From positions 32,001 to 96,000 of IMG/VR virus record IMGVR_UViG_3300035663_000001: DNA of 64,000 bases, one strand, 5' to 3'. The DNA is from a virus. Positions 18,474 through 28,152 of the stretch are shown piece by piece. A model generated the notes under the pieces. That model worked only from the letters and a program-made list of their open reading frames with translations. It was not told where the DNA came from and ran no database searches. Numbering within the stretch: position 1 is the first letter of the stretch; the number at the start of each line of letters is the position of its first letter. The position numbers and the translations under genes are program-made.

Positions 18474-20759
18474 TTGAGTTTTCAACAAGATGAGAAGGGA
18501 AATAAGCGATGGACCGTTAAGGGTCAATATCACCGAGAGGATGGCCCAGCTATTGAATGGGTAGACGGGACCAAGTTCTGGTACCAGAATGGTAAGAAGC
18601 ATCGTTTACATGGTCCGGCTATTGAGTGGCCGAATGGTAATCAAGAATATTACTTGCATGGTAATGCTTTTAATAAAGAAGATTACTTATCATTAATGGC
18701 TTCTTTAGCCAAGAAAGAGCCATTTATTATTTCTGGCAATACCGAAACTTCTTCGGTTGAGTATCAAAATGGAATTACCAGTTATGTTTTAAATGGGAAA
18801 TTACACCGAGAAGATGGCCCAGCTAGAGAATATGCTAATGGAACTAAAGAGTGGTGGTTTCATGGTGAGCTTCATCGAGAAGATGGACCGGCAGTAGAAG
18901 GTACTGATGGGCATAAAGAATGGTGGGTTAATTATAAATTGCATCGAGAAGGTGGTCCAGCTATCGAATGTGTTAATGGAAATAAAAAATGGTATCTTCA
19001 TAACGAATTACATCGAGCAGATGGTCCAGCGGTAGACTGGGCTGATGGATTCAAACAATGGTGGATTCATGGCGAAAACTATTCAGAACAAGACTGGAAT
19101 ATCGCCAAGAAAAAATTATCTATTGAGGCATCGTCTAATAAAAAGAAGACAACTTCTAGCTTGCCAAAGGCTGTCAAAGTGACAAATATTAAAAAGAAAA
19201 GTGTAACATCTAAAAATTCTGCTGATAATAAAAAGTTAGTTGATTCTACTCAACCGATGATGACAATAGATGAAGCTGGCACTAAGTGCTGGAAACTGAA
19301 TGACCAACTCCATCGAGAAGATGGTCCAGCGTTAGAATATATTAATGGAGCTAAATGGTGGTATCGTCATGGAGATCTTCATCGAGAAGATGGTCCGGCG
19401 ATAGAATATGCTAATGGAGATACATCATGGTATCTTAATAATAAATTACATCGAGAAGATGGGCCAGCGTTAGAGAGTGCTGAGGGTCTAAAATTTTGGT
19501 ACCTGCAAGGTAACCAATATACTGAAGCTGGGTGGAAGAAGAAAGTTTCTGCGATGAAGAAGAAAGATATTAAGTCTAAAACTGCGTCTCATGAAGCTAC
19601 TGATTCTACTCAACCAGTGATGGAAGTAGACAACTATGGAATTAAGCGATGGAAATTAAATGGTAGATTACATCGAGAGGATGGTCCAGCAGTAGAATCT
19701 ATTAATGGAAATAAAGAGTGGTATTGTCATGGCCAACTTCATCGAGTAGATGGTCCTGCCATAGAATGGTATGATGGAGATAAATGGTGGTACCTGAAAG
19801 GTAAAAAATATACTGAAGCTGGGTGGAAGAAGCAAGTTTCTTCGATGAAGAAGAGAGATGTTAACTCTAAAACTGTGTCTCATGAAGCTAATGATCCTAC
19901 TCAACAAGTAATGGAAGTAGTTGAAGATGGCACTAAGTACTGGAAACTAAATGGTCAATTACATCGAGAAGATGGTCCGGCCATAGAATGGTTTAATGGA
20001 CGTAAAGATTGGTATCTTCATGATAAACTTCATCGAGAAGATGGACCCGCTTTAGAATATACTGATGGTAGTAAATTTTGGTATCTTCATGGTCAATGCC
20101 ATCGAGTAGATGGTCCGGCGATAGAGTGGACTGATGGAGATAAGTATTGGTATCTTCATGGGAAATTACATCGAGACGATGGGCCAGCTATCGAATGGTG
20201 TAATGGAGATAAAAAATGGTTCCTTCAAGGTAAAGAATATACAGAAGAAGAGTATGGTAAAAAACTTTTTCCAGCAGTCAATACCATCGCAAAACCAGCC
20301 GATTCTGCTTGGCAACATTTAACCTCTGATCTATCTCACGGAACTTTCCGAGTAGCCGCTAAGACTATTCCCAAAACTGCTCGTACTGCCTTATTAGCTT
20401 TTCTCAAAACTAAGAAAGTTAAAAAGAGCTGGCTTCTTTCAGCCGAAGAGATGATGTCCACCGAGTTGGGTTTAGCCTTTATTCAGCAAGTCTTAGCCTG
20501 GAGTTTTAGGTCTCTACCTCAACTGAAGGAAGACCCCAGGGCAACAGCTTTGGCTAATGAATGGGCGATTGATAGCGTAGCTATTATTGGAAATGAAGTC
20601 ACTCAAGAATTAGCTGCATATTTTGCTCCAATTATTTCTCAAGTTATGGAATTGCCTTCCTCTAACATTAGAGTATCCCCTCTGACTTCTACAGATCGCT
20701 CTTTAGAAGAAGAGGAAATTGAGACTATGGAAACTCTCCAACAACAGGCAACAAGTTAA
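18474..20759 (+). CDS. HREDGPA-repeat protein, long class (largest member)
   Basis: Five modules plus shared C-terminal domain; TTG start uncertain. Confidence 0.9.
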   Translation: MSFQQDEKGNKRWTVKGQYHREDGPAIEWVDGTKFWYQNGKKHRLHGPAIEWPNGNQEYYLHGNAFNKEDYLSLMASLAKKEPFIISGNTETSSVEYQNGITSYVLNGKLHREDGPAREYANGTKEWWFHGELHREDGPAVEGTDGHKEWWVNYKLHREGGPAIECVNGNKKWYLHNELHRADGPAVDWADGFKQWWIHGENYSEQDWNIAKKKLSIEASSNKKKTTSSLPKAVKVTNIKKKSVTSKNSADNKKLVDSTQPMMTIDEAGTKCWKLNDQLHREDGPALEYINGAKWWYRHGDLHREDGPAIEYANGDTSWYLNNKLHREDGPALESAEGLKFWYLQGNQYTEAGWKKKVSAMKKKDIKSKTASHEATDSTQPVMEVDNYGIKRWKLNGRLHREDGPAVESINGNKEWYCHGQLHRVDGPAIEWYDGDKWWYLKGKKYTEAGWKKQVSSMKKRDVNSKTVSHEANDPTQQVMEVVEDGTKYWKLNGQLHREDGPAIEWFNGRKDWYLHDKLHREDGPALEYTDGSKFWYLHGQCHRVDGPAIEWTDGDKYWYLHGKLHRDDGPAIEWCNGDKKWFLQGKEYTEEEYGKKLFPAVNTIAKPADSAWQHLTSDLSHGTFRVAAKTIPKTARTALLAFLKTKKVKKSWLLSAEEMMSTELGLAFIQQVLAWSFRSLPQLKEDPRATALANEWAIDSVAIIGNEVTQELAAYFAPIISQVMELPSSNIRVSPLTSTDRSLEEEEIETMETLQQQATS

Positions 20760-20760
20760 T

Positions 20761-21162
20761 ATGATTAATAAGAAAATGCCCATTATGTCCACTACCTTTG
20801 CTGGTGGAAAAATTTGGAAATTAAATGGACTATATCATCGACAAGATGGTCCTGCCATTGAAAGACACAATGGCTCGAAAGAATACTACCTGTTCGGCCA
20901 ACTTCATCGAGAAGATGGTCCAGCCATTATTAACCGTAATGGTGACCAAGAATGGTGGAGTCATAATCAATTACACCGAGATGATGGTCCAGCGGTAGAA
21001 TATGCTGATGGAACTAAGATGTGGTATTTTCACGGTCTTCTCCATCGAGAAGGCGGGCCAGCCATTATCTATCCCAATGGAGTAGAATTATTTTACCTAG
21101 AAGGTAAAGAATTAGAACCTGAAGAATATTCTCAAAAACTTCTAATTAAAAATGAATTTTAA
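20761..21162 (+). CDS. HREDGPA-repeat protein (short)
   Basis: Four repeats. Confidence 0.85.
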   Translation: MINKKMPIMSTTFAGGKIWKLNGLYHRQDGPAIERHNGSKEYYLFGQLHREDGPAIINRNGDQEWWSHNQLHRDDGPAVEYADGTKMWYFHGLLHREGGPAIIYPNGVELFYLEGKELEPEEYSQKLLIKNEF

Positions 21163-21214
21163 TATCTTATGGGTCACCAAAGATAGTTTATCTGATTTTC
21201 GACTGGAGAATTAA

Positions 21215-21619
21215 ATGAGAATTCTAATTTTAGATGACGACCAATTTCGCCATAATTTTTTCCGAGAATCTTTTATTGCAGACGAAGTAATTAGTGTGCA
21301 TAAATTTTCTGAATTCTTGCATCATTTACACACCGGTTCTCCTTGGGATTTAATTCACTTAGACCATGATTTATGTGATTTGGTGGAAGGTGATACTTTT
21401 GTCGATGATTTTGGTAAACAGCAAGAGTTTAATGGTCAACATGCGGCTTGGCAGATTTGTCAACTAACAGATAATCTGTTACCTAAACAGATTATCATTC
21501 AATCGGTGAATGATGATGGGGCGTTGGCTATGTTAAAAATTATCAAAGCTCGTGGTGTAGAAGTTAAGTGGGAACCTTTTGCAGAATGCCCTCCAGATTT
21601 AGAGGTATTACATGACTAA
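21215..21619 (+). CDS. Stand-alone receiver-like protein (cyclic-phosphate-processing receiver type)
   Basis: MRILILDDDxxR...DLIHLDHDL...IIIQSVN; SD GGAG. Confidence 0.7.
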   Translation: MRILILDDDQFRHNFFRESFIADEVISVHKFSEFLHHLHTGSPWDLIHLDHDLCDLVEGDTFVDDFGKQQEFNGQHAAWQICQLTDNLLPKQIIIQSVNDDGALAMLKIIKARGVEVKWEPFAECPPDLEVLHD

Positions 21620-22844
21620 CCCTTCTTTTTTAATGTGTGTTGATCTTGATGGAAATAAAAGTTACTATAATCCTGATGAGGATTATCTCCATCGAGAGGA
21701 TGGTCCAGCCATAGAACGGGTTAATGGAAATAAAGAATGGTGGCTTAATGGTCAGCGACATCGAGAAGATGGTCCGGCCATAGAATGGTCTAATGGAAAT
21801 AAACAATGGTATCTTCATGATCAACTACATCGAGAAGATGGTCCAGCAGTAGAGCTGTTTAATGGATATAAAGAATGGCGTCTTCATGACAAATTACATC
21901 GAGAAGATGGCCCAGCACTAGAATATTCTAATGGAGATAAATTCTGGTATCTTCAAGGCGAAAAATATTCATAAACCGAGTGGATGAAAAAAGTGGCTGC
22001 CATGAAAAAGAAAACTGCCGCTCCAACCCATCAACAGATTGATTCTACTCAGCCAGTGATGGAAGTAGATAAAGATGGCAATAAGTTTTGGAAGTTGAAT
22101 GGTCTCTTACATCGAGAAGATGGGCCAGCCGTAGAATATCCTAATGGAAATAAATGCTGGTGTTTTCATGGAAAACTCCATCGAGAAGATGGTCCAGCTA
22201 TAGAATATAATAATGGGGCTAAATGTTGGTGTATTCATGGTAAACTCCATCGAGAAGATGGGCCAGCATTAGAAATGCCTAATGGATATAAAGAATGGCG
22301 GCTTCAAGATAAAATCTACACTGAAACCGAGTGGAAAGAAAAAACAGCTAATATAAATAAGAAATGTGTCTCTCCATCTAATGGAGAGATAAATGTCCTG
22401 CCTTCAGCATGGAATTATTTTACTGCTGATGTAAATCAAGCTGCCTTTAGAGTAGCGGCTAAATCTATTTCTAAAACCGCCAGAGTAATGTTACTTGCTT
22501 TTCTGAAAAACAAGCAAGTAAAAAAGAGCTGGATTAAAACAGCTAAAGAAATTATGGAGACAGAATGGGGTTTAGCTTTTATTCAACAGATTCTAGCTTG
22601 GATTTTTAGATATCTGCCATCATTGCAAAATGAACCTCGAGCTCAAGCATTAGCTAATGAATGGGCTATTGATAGTGTAGCTATCATTGGAAATGAAATG
22701 TTATCAGAAGTAATTTCGTTTTTGAAACCCATTATGTCTCAAGTAATAGAACTTCCTCATCCTTCAATCAGGATTTCTGAATCTTCTAACACAGCAGAAG
22801 AAGAATTACTTGAACTGCCAGCAGTCAAACATCAAACAGTTTGA
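21612..22844 (+). pseudogene. Long-class repeat gene split by an in-frame TAA at 21972-21974
   Basis: Reads GEKYS*TEWMKKVAAM in one frame; paralogs have Q or E at this position. Confidence 0.75.
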
Positions 22845-22881
22845 TTAGTTTTTAATCGCTGGATTCTAGTCAGGCTGGAAT

Positions 22882-22913
22882 CCCAGCGACTAAATTTTTT
22901 CGCTGCTCCCTAA
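22882..22913. promoter_or_regulatory. Repeated motif copy 2
   Basis: CCCAGCGACTAAATTTTTTCGCTGCTCCCTAA. Confidence 0.7.
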
Positions 22914-22966
22914 GGGTGCAAGAGCGCAACGCTCCAAACCGTAACATTCTTCTCAGTCAGAGGATC

Positions 22967-23488
22967 ATGTACACTATTCAATTTTTGCGTGGCGACATCG
23001 AGAAACGAGATAAAGTTATGAACTATTTACAATCTCGTTTAAATGCTGATGGCCGATTTAACTGCCGATTAATTCCAACTTCGTTGCGTATGAGTCGTTC
23101 AGATTGTCGTCAAGCTGGAGAGACTAAAGATTATGCGCCGGGCATTTTAGTGCAGAAGGTTCGATTAGCTTCGGCTAAACCTTACTGTGGCAATCATCCT
23201 GGTCCCTGTCTGGTGTCTCAGAAACCTAAGCCAATGTCTAAGTATTTAGAATGGGATGACTGGGTGTCGTTTCATAATCTAGTTAATAAAGTATTAAATA
23301 GATTTAAAGCCGATGCCAATGTCTGGAGTCTACCGCCAGATGTTAAAGGTAGAATGTGGATTAGGCGAGGTCAACAAGCTCGCGTTAGATATGATTGGTC
23401 CGAGAGAATTAACTCATATGGGGTCATGATTCGAGATTGGAATCCTGGCACCTTGGATCAATATCAAAAGATTTGCTCATCTGATTAA
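22967..23488 (+). CDS. Hypothetical protein
   Basis: SD GAGGA before ATG 22967; KPYCGNHPGPC motif. Confidence 0.7.
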   Translation: MYTIQFLRGDIEKRDKVMNYLQSRLNADGRFNCRLIPTSLRMSRSDCRQAGETKDYAPGILVQKVRLASAKPYCGNHPGPCLVSQKPKPMSKYLEWDDWVSFHNLVNKVLNRFKADANVWSLPPDVKGRMWIRRGQQARVRYDWSERINSYGVMIRDWNPGTLDQYQKICSSD

Positions 23489-23551
23489 GTGGGACGCCAC
23501 GCAATTGGGTGGTATTATTTACCGGTAATAATATTTCCATCTGGAGGCAAA

Positions 23552-23685
23552 CTGGTTGTATATTCCAGGCTGAATAAATAACAAAATTATTGTTAGCTTA
23601 ATGGTAAAAGCGCCCACTACAAATGGGAGATTAAGGCTTCGATACCTTAACAATAAAAAGTTATTTATACAGCGATGTATACTAG
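23552..23685 (+). ncRNA. tRNA-like domain (23587-23656) on a long bulged stem
   Basis: D arm GCTT-AATGGTA-AAGC, anticodon-like loop CTACAAA, T-like arm; flanks 23569-23582/23660-23673 pair at 13 of 14 positions. Confidence 0.6.
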
Positions 23686-23942
23686 CGGTATAGGCTAGCG
23701 AAGAATGCCTATCTTTTTAGGTCTGATTTATGAAAAATTCAGTCTTAGCTCGTCCATCGAGCGAATATAACTTAGGGGTCAATTTTTGACAGGTTTTAAT
23801 TCCTTAACTAAAACTTGTCTGGTGCCAATTATACCATAAATACTGGGCAGCATTTTCGGCTCCGTTTTACGCTGAAGGTGAAAATCTTTTTGTTCACTCT
23901 AGCTAAGTGATCAGATAAGAAATTCTAAAAACGGGCAGCTAA

Positions 23943-24017
23943 GACTCTATCGTCTAACTAGGTTAAGACAACGGCATCTAACACCGTCTAATATGGGTTC
24001 GATTCCCATTAGAGTCT
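23943..24017 (+). tRNA. tRNA with CUA anticodon (putative amber suppressor)
   Basis: Acceptor GACTCTA/TAGAGTC, D stem GTCT/AGAC, loop AT-CTA-AC, T arm ATGGG-TTCGATT-CCCAT; C31-A39 mismatch and A32 are atypical. Confidence 0.75.
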
Positions 24018-24122
24018 CTATGACATATATGTTTATTATCATTGGATTAATGGCTGCTAGTTTTATAGTTCAATCTATTATTGTTTGGGTCTTATGGTCT
24101 TCGTGGGAAGATTAAAAACCAC

Positions 24123-24437
24123 ATGCAAGAAAAGATAATTACTTTTAATGGAACAGTAAAATACTATTTTCATGGTCATTTCCATCGAGAAGATGGTCCA
24201 GCAATAGAGTGGGCTAATGGCCATAAAGAGTGGTTTCTTCATGGCAAATGGCATCGAGAAGATGGCCCAGCCCGTGAATATCATGAAAGCAAAGAATGGT
24301 GGATTCATGGCAAAAGACATCGAGAAGATGGTCCAGCTCGTGAATATCCTGGTGGGCATAAACGCTACTATCTTTGTAATAAAGAATATTCCGAAGAAGA
24401 ATATTGGCGCTTAGTAAAACTAAAAGCTTTATGGTAA
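24123..24437 (+). CDS. HREDGPA-repeat protein, KLKALW class
   Basis: MQEKI start, KLKALW end. Confidence 0.9.
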   Translation: MQEKIITFNGTVKYYFHGHFHREDGPAIEWANGHKEWFLHGKWHREDGPAREYHESKEWWIHGKRHREDGPAREYPGGHKRYYLCNKEYSEEEYWRLVKLKALW

Positions 24438-24440
24438 AGT

Positions 24441-24755
24441 ATGCAAGAAATTACAATAGATGAATACAATAAAAAATATTATTGGAATGGTCAGCTACAT
24501 CGAGAAGATGGCCCAGCTATAGAGTGGGCTAATGGAGATAAACAATGGTGGCTTCATGGCGAATTACATCGAGAAGATGGCCCAGCAGTAGAATATGCTA
24601 ATGGCACTACAGTCTGGTATTTTCATGGCCAACGTCATCGAGAAGATGGTCCAACTATAGAATGGCCTGATGGAACTAAAGAGTGGTATCTTCAAGGTAA
24701 ACAATACGCAGAAAAAGAGTATTGGCTAATGGTAAAGCTAAAAGCTTTATGGTAA
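24441..24755 (+). CDS. HREDGPA-repeat protein, KLKALW class
   Basis: Three repeats. Confidence 0.9.
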   Translation: MQEITIDEYNKKYYWNGQLHREDGPAIEWANGDKQWWLHGELHREDGPAVEYANGTTVWYFHGQRHREDGPTIEWPDGTKEWYLQGKQYAEKEYWLMVKLKALW

Positions 24756-24758
24756 AGT

Positions 24759-25145
24759 ATGCAAAAAATTGAAATAGATCAAATAGGCATTAAATATTAT
24801 TATTGGAATGATCTTCTTCACCGAGAAGATGGTCCAGCGGTAGAATGGCCTAATGGAGATAAACATTGGTATTTTCATGACCAATTTCATCGAGAAGATG
24901 GTCCGGCAGCAGATAATGCTAATGGAGATAAATACTGGTTTTTTCATGGTCAACACCATCGAGGAGATGGTCCGGCAGTAGAATGGGCTAATGGATCTAA
25001 AGAATGGTGGATTCACGATCAACTTCATCGAGAAGATGGTCCCGCAGTAGAAAATACTGATGGATCTAAAGAGTGGTACCTTCAAGGAAAAGAATATTCA
25101 GAAGAAGAATATTGGAGACTAGTAAAGCTAAAAGCTTTATGGTAA
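24759..25145 (+). CDS. HREDGPA-repeat protein, KLKALW class
   Basis: Four repeats. Confidence 0.9.
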   Translation: MQKIEIDQIGIKYYYWNDLLHREDGPAVEWPNGDKHWYFHDQFHREDGPAADNANGDKYWFFHGQHHRGDGPAVEWANGSKEWWIHDQLHREDGPAVENTDGSKEWYLQGKEYSEEEYWRLVKLKALW

Positions 25146-25351
25146 ATTTTTCTACCGCAAATTAAAATGCAATATAATTCTGAATTATTAATTCCAGATC
25201 TAATTAACGAAGCTATCAAAAAAACATTCCCGGATAATTATCAAATTATTCTCCAAGAATTAAAATGGAATGTAGATCATTATTATTTTTTCGATAATAA
25301 TGTTTATGTCGGAATTGATACAGATGGTTACATCTATACTTAAAGGAAGTT

Positions 25352-25600
25352 ATGTCTCGTCAAAGATTTGCTGAAAAAATGGTTAATCGTCATGGGCTCT
25401 TCCAATATTGCTCTGGGTATGTGCCTCTAGGTTTAGAATACTTTACTGGTACCTATCTTAATCGTCCAGTGGAATTTAGTCTCTTTCGAGACGAAACTCC
25501 TGAAACAGTCAATATTGTCTATTTGGATTCTGGAGAAACTAACTCTCTAGAAATTGATGTTATTGATTTCAATAGCATTGAAAATATCAATCCTTCTTGA
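25352..25600 (+). CDS. Hypothetical protein
   Basis: SD AAGGA. Confidence 0.6.
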   Translation: MSRQRFAEKMVNRHGLFQYCSGYVPLGLEYFTGTYLNRPVEFSLFRDETPETVNIVYLDSGETNSLEIDVIDFNSIENINPS

Positions 25601-25614
25601 ATTGTAATTAATAT

Positions 25615-27108
25615 ATGGCTTACAGCGCCCGTCGTACCAATTATTCTAAATTTACTCCACTTCAAGTTGTGAAGGAGCCTCGAACCCAACGTTCTTGGTC
25701 CGCTTATCAGCAAGCGGTCTTTGATGATATTGCGAATGGGCAAGGTCATACACAAGTAGATAGCTATGCAGGTACGGGTAAGTCCACTACTATTGTGGAA
25801 GGCTTCTATCATGTGCCGTTAAATCGGCAACCCTCTTTAATGTGTGCCTTTGCTAAGGACATTAAAAAAGAATTAGAGCGCAAGGCTCCGGCCGGAGTAA
25901 CAGTTTCTACCATCCATTCTTTAGGCTTGCAAGCTAGCAAAAGGATGTTTCCTAAGGTTAAGATTGATGACCGTAACGAAAAGCTGTATGGTTTTATCAA
26001 GGCAGAAAAAGGTGATGATTCTGAAACTTTAGATATTCGTCAGAACTTAGCTAAGTGCGTCTCTTTGTCTAAAAGCTATCTGGCAGACAGGTACGAAGAT
26101 ATCGATGAGATCATGGACCGTCATGATATTGATACTTGCAATACGACTCGAGAGTCTTTTATTACGAGCGTCATTAAAGTCATGACTGGTTGTAAGAATG
26201 ATACTCATCGCATGGATTTTGATGATATGATTTGGTTTCCCAATGTGTATCAAGCTCCATTAGAAACTTATGGCATGGTCTTTGTCGATGAGGCTCAAGA
26301 CTTAAACAAAGCTCAAATTGAATTGGCTCTTCGTTCAGCAGGTCGTCATGGCCGAGTTATCTCGGTCGGAGATGAGCGACAAGCTATTTACTCCTTTATG
26401 GGTGCCGATAGCAATGCTATTCAAAACATTGTTAATCGTCTTCAATCTAAAAGATTAACTCTCTCAGTTACTTATCGTTGTGCTAAAGCAATTGTGGCTT
26501 TGGCTCAACAATTTGTTCCTGATTTACAGGCGGCCCCTTCAGCCGAAGAAGGTTTGGTCTCTGAGATTTCAGACCATCAAATCTTAGATAAGGTAAAGCC
26601 TGGAGATTTCATTCTCTCGCGCACGAATGCACCTTTGATTCGATGGTGTCTCAATTTATTAAAAGCTCATATTCCGGCTAATATTCAGGGCAAGGATTTA
26701 GGCAAAAATATGATCGCCTTGATTCGCCGCTCTAAGGCTGAGTCGGTTATTAATTTCTTAAATTGGTTAGAGGAATATGAGAATTCGGAATTGGAGCGAC
26801 TAAGCAAGTCCAAGCGAAGTACGGATATCATCTCTGATAAGATGGATTGCCTTCGTACTCTATGTGAGGGAACTCGGTCTTTGGAAGAGGTAAAGGTTAA
26901 TATTGAGAAGTTATTCCATGAGGGAGATGATCGGAGGGATCGAGTGATGCTCTCTACTACTCATAAAGCCAAGGGCTTGGAGCGTGATAGGGTTTTTATG
27001 CTCTCTGATACTTATCGACCTGGCACCGGAATCGAAGAAGACAATCTTACTTATGTCGCTTATACTCGTGCTAAGAGGGAGCTGTATTTAGCTTCTAGTA
27101 AAAAATGA
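25615..27108 (+). CDS. SF1 UvrD/Rep-family helicase
   Basis: AGTGKST, VDEAQD, VGDERQAIY, YRC, THKAKGLE and YVAYTRA motifs. Confidence 0.93.
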   Translation: MAYSARRTNYSKFTPLQVVKEPRTQRSWSAYQQAVFDDIANGQGHTQVDSYAGTGKSTTIVEGFYHVPLNRQPSLMCAFAKDIKKELERKAPAGVTVSTIHSLGLQASKRMFPKVKIDDRNEKLYGFIKAEKGDDSETLDIRQNLAKCVSLSKSYLADRYEDIDEIMDRHDIDTCNTTRESFITSVIKVMTGCKNDTHRMDFDDMIWFPNVYQAPLETYGMVFVDEAQDLNKAQIELALRSAGRHGRVISVGDERQAIYSFMGADSNAIQNIVNRLQSKRLTLSVTYRCAKAIVALAQQFVPDLQAAPSAEEGLVSEISDHQILDKVKPGDFILSRTNAPLIRWCLNLLKAHIPANIQGKDLGKNMIALIRRSKAESVINFLNWLEEYENSELERLSKSKRSTDIISDKMDCLRTLCEGTRSLEEVKVNIEKLFHEGDDRRDRVMLSTTHKAKGLERDRVFMLSDTYRPGTGIEEDNLTYVAYTRAKRELYLASSKK

Positions 27109-27581
27109 AATCTAAAATTGAAAAAGTAGAAAAATTATTATCGCTCGCTAAGAGCGATAATAAACATGAGGCCGCCGCTGCATTAACTGCGGTCAATAAT
27201 TTGATTGATAAATATCAATTAAACTTGAATCCTCCACTACCAGAGCCTTTTTCAGTAAAAATTAATGAGCAAACAAATAGCTCCGTTAAAGGGGAGACTA
27301 AAAAATATTATGTTAATGGTCAACTATATCGAGAAGATGGCCCTGACATCTACCAGGCTAATGTCGATAAAAAATATCAAAGTAAGCAAGATGTAATTGA
27401 CCATTTAAATCATATCCGTAAAACATGCGGAGATACAGTTTGTTACGATTTATGTAAATATATCAAGCCAGAAAACTTTGAAGATCATAGGGATTATGAA
27501 TGCCATGAAGATAAATATATTTATTCTAATGGTTCTACTTATGGTAGAGTAACTCCGAATGGTCAAACTATCAAATATTAA
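27105..27581 (+). CDS. Hypothetical protein with DUF2786-like N-terminus and one degenerate repeat
   Basis: KIEKVEKLLSLAxSxNxHEAxAA; internal NGQLYREDGP. Confidence 0.65.
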   Translation: MKSKIEKVEKLLSLAKSDNKHEAAAALTAVNNLIDKYQLNLNPPLPEPFSVKINEQTNSSVKGETKKYYVNGQLYREDGPDIYQANVDKKYQSKQDVIDHLNHIRKTCGDTVCYDLCKYIKPENFEDHRDYECHEDKYIYSNGSTYGRVTPNGQTIKY

Positions 27582-27593
27582 TTAGGAGAACAG

Positions 27594-28079
27594 ATGCCCT
27601 GGATTGTTGAATATGCTCACCATATGGAGCAAGAAGTAAATATTACTATCTATAATAGTAAGGAAGAAGCTTTACAATCTGCTTGTGCTGATATGGTAGA
27701 TGTGATTAACAATCATTTTGATTTTCAAATTGCTAAAGAATTACAAGTGGCGGAAGAAATTAATGAGCTGCTTGATAATAAACAATATCAAAGTGCATTA
27801 ACTAAATTCAATCATTATGTTAAATATCATTGGATGATTAATCATCATCGTTCTTTTCATGTCTATGAAAAGGATATTCATAAAGCATTTAGAATTAAGA
27901 AGATTAGATTTCCATATACGGTAGATACCTCGTATGAGTTGGAGGAGGGAGCTACTTGTCGTGGACCATGTGGTCAATATTATGAGTATGCTCATCCGGA
28001 TCAAAGTAATAAAACTTTTGTCTGTCAATCTTGTAAGTTGATGAGTGCGTTTTTTAACGGAATCTCTACCATTAAATGA
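27594..28079 (+). CDS. Hypothetical protein with C-terminal Zn finger
   Basis: SD AGGAG; CRGPC and CQSC. Confidence 0.7.
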   Translation: MPWIVEYAHHMEQEVNITIYNSKEEALQSACADMVDVINNHFDFQIAKELQVAEEINELLDNKQYQSALTKFNHYVKYHWMINHHRSFHVYEKDIHKAFRIKKIRFPYTVDTSYELEEGATCRGPCGQYYEYAHPDQSNKTFVCQSCKLMSAFFNGISTIK

Positions 28080-28086
28080 ACTACCA

Positions 28087-28149
28087 CTAGTTAAACTAAA
28101 ATCTTTATGGTAAAATTGGCGAATGGTTAAATTGAAAGCTTTATGGTAA
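28087..28149 (+). repeat. Two orphan copies of the KLKALW 3' junction without gene bodies
   Basis: CTAGTTAAACTAAAATCTTTATGGTAA followed by AATTGGCGAATGGTTAAATTGAAAGCTTTATGGTAA. Confidence 0.8.
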
Positions 28150-28152
28150 AGT

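Noticed and set aside
24018-24080. HDV-like (theta) ribozyme after the CUA tRNA
   Set aside because: The downstream sequence is AT-rich and shows no nested double-pseudoknot pairing.
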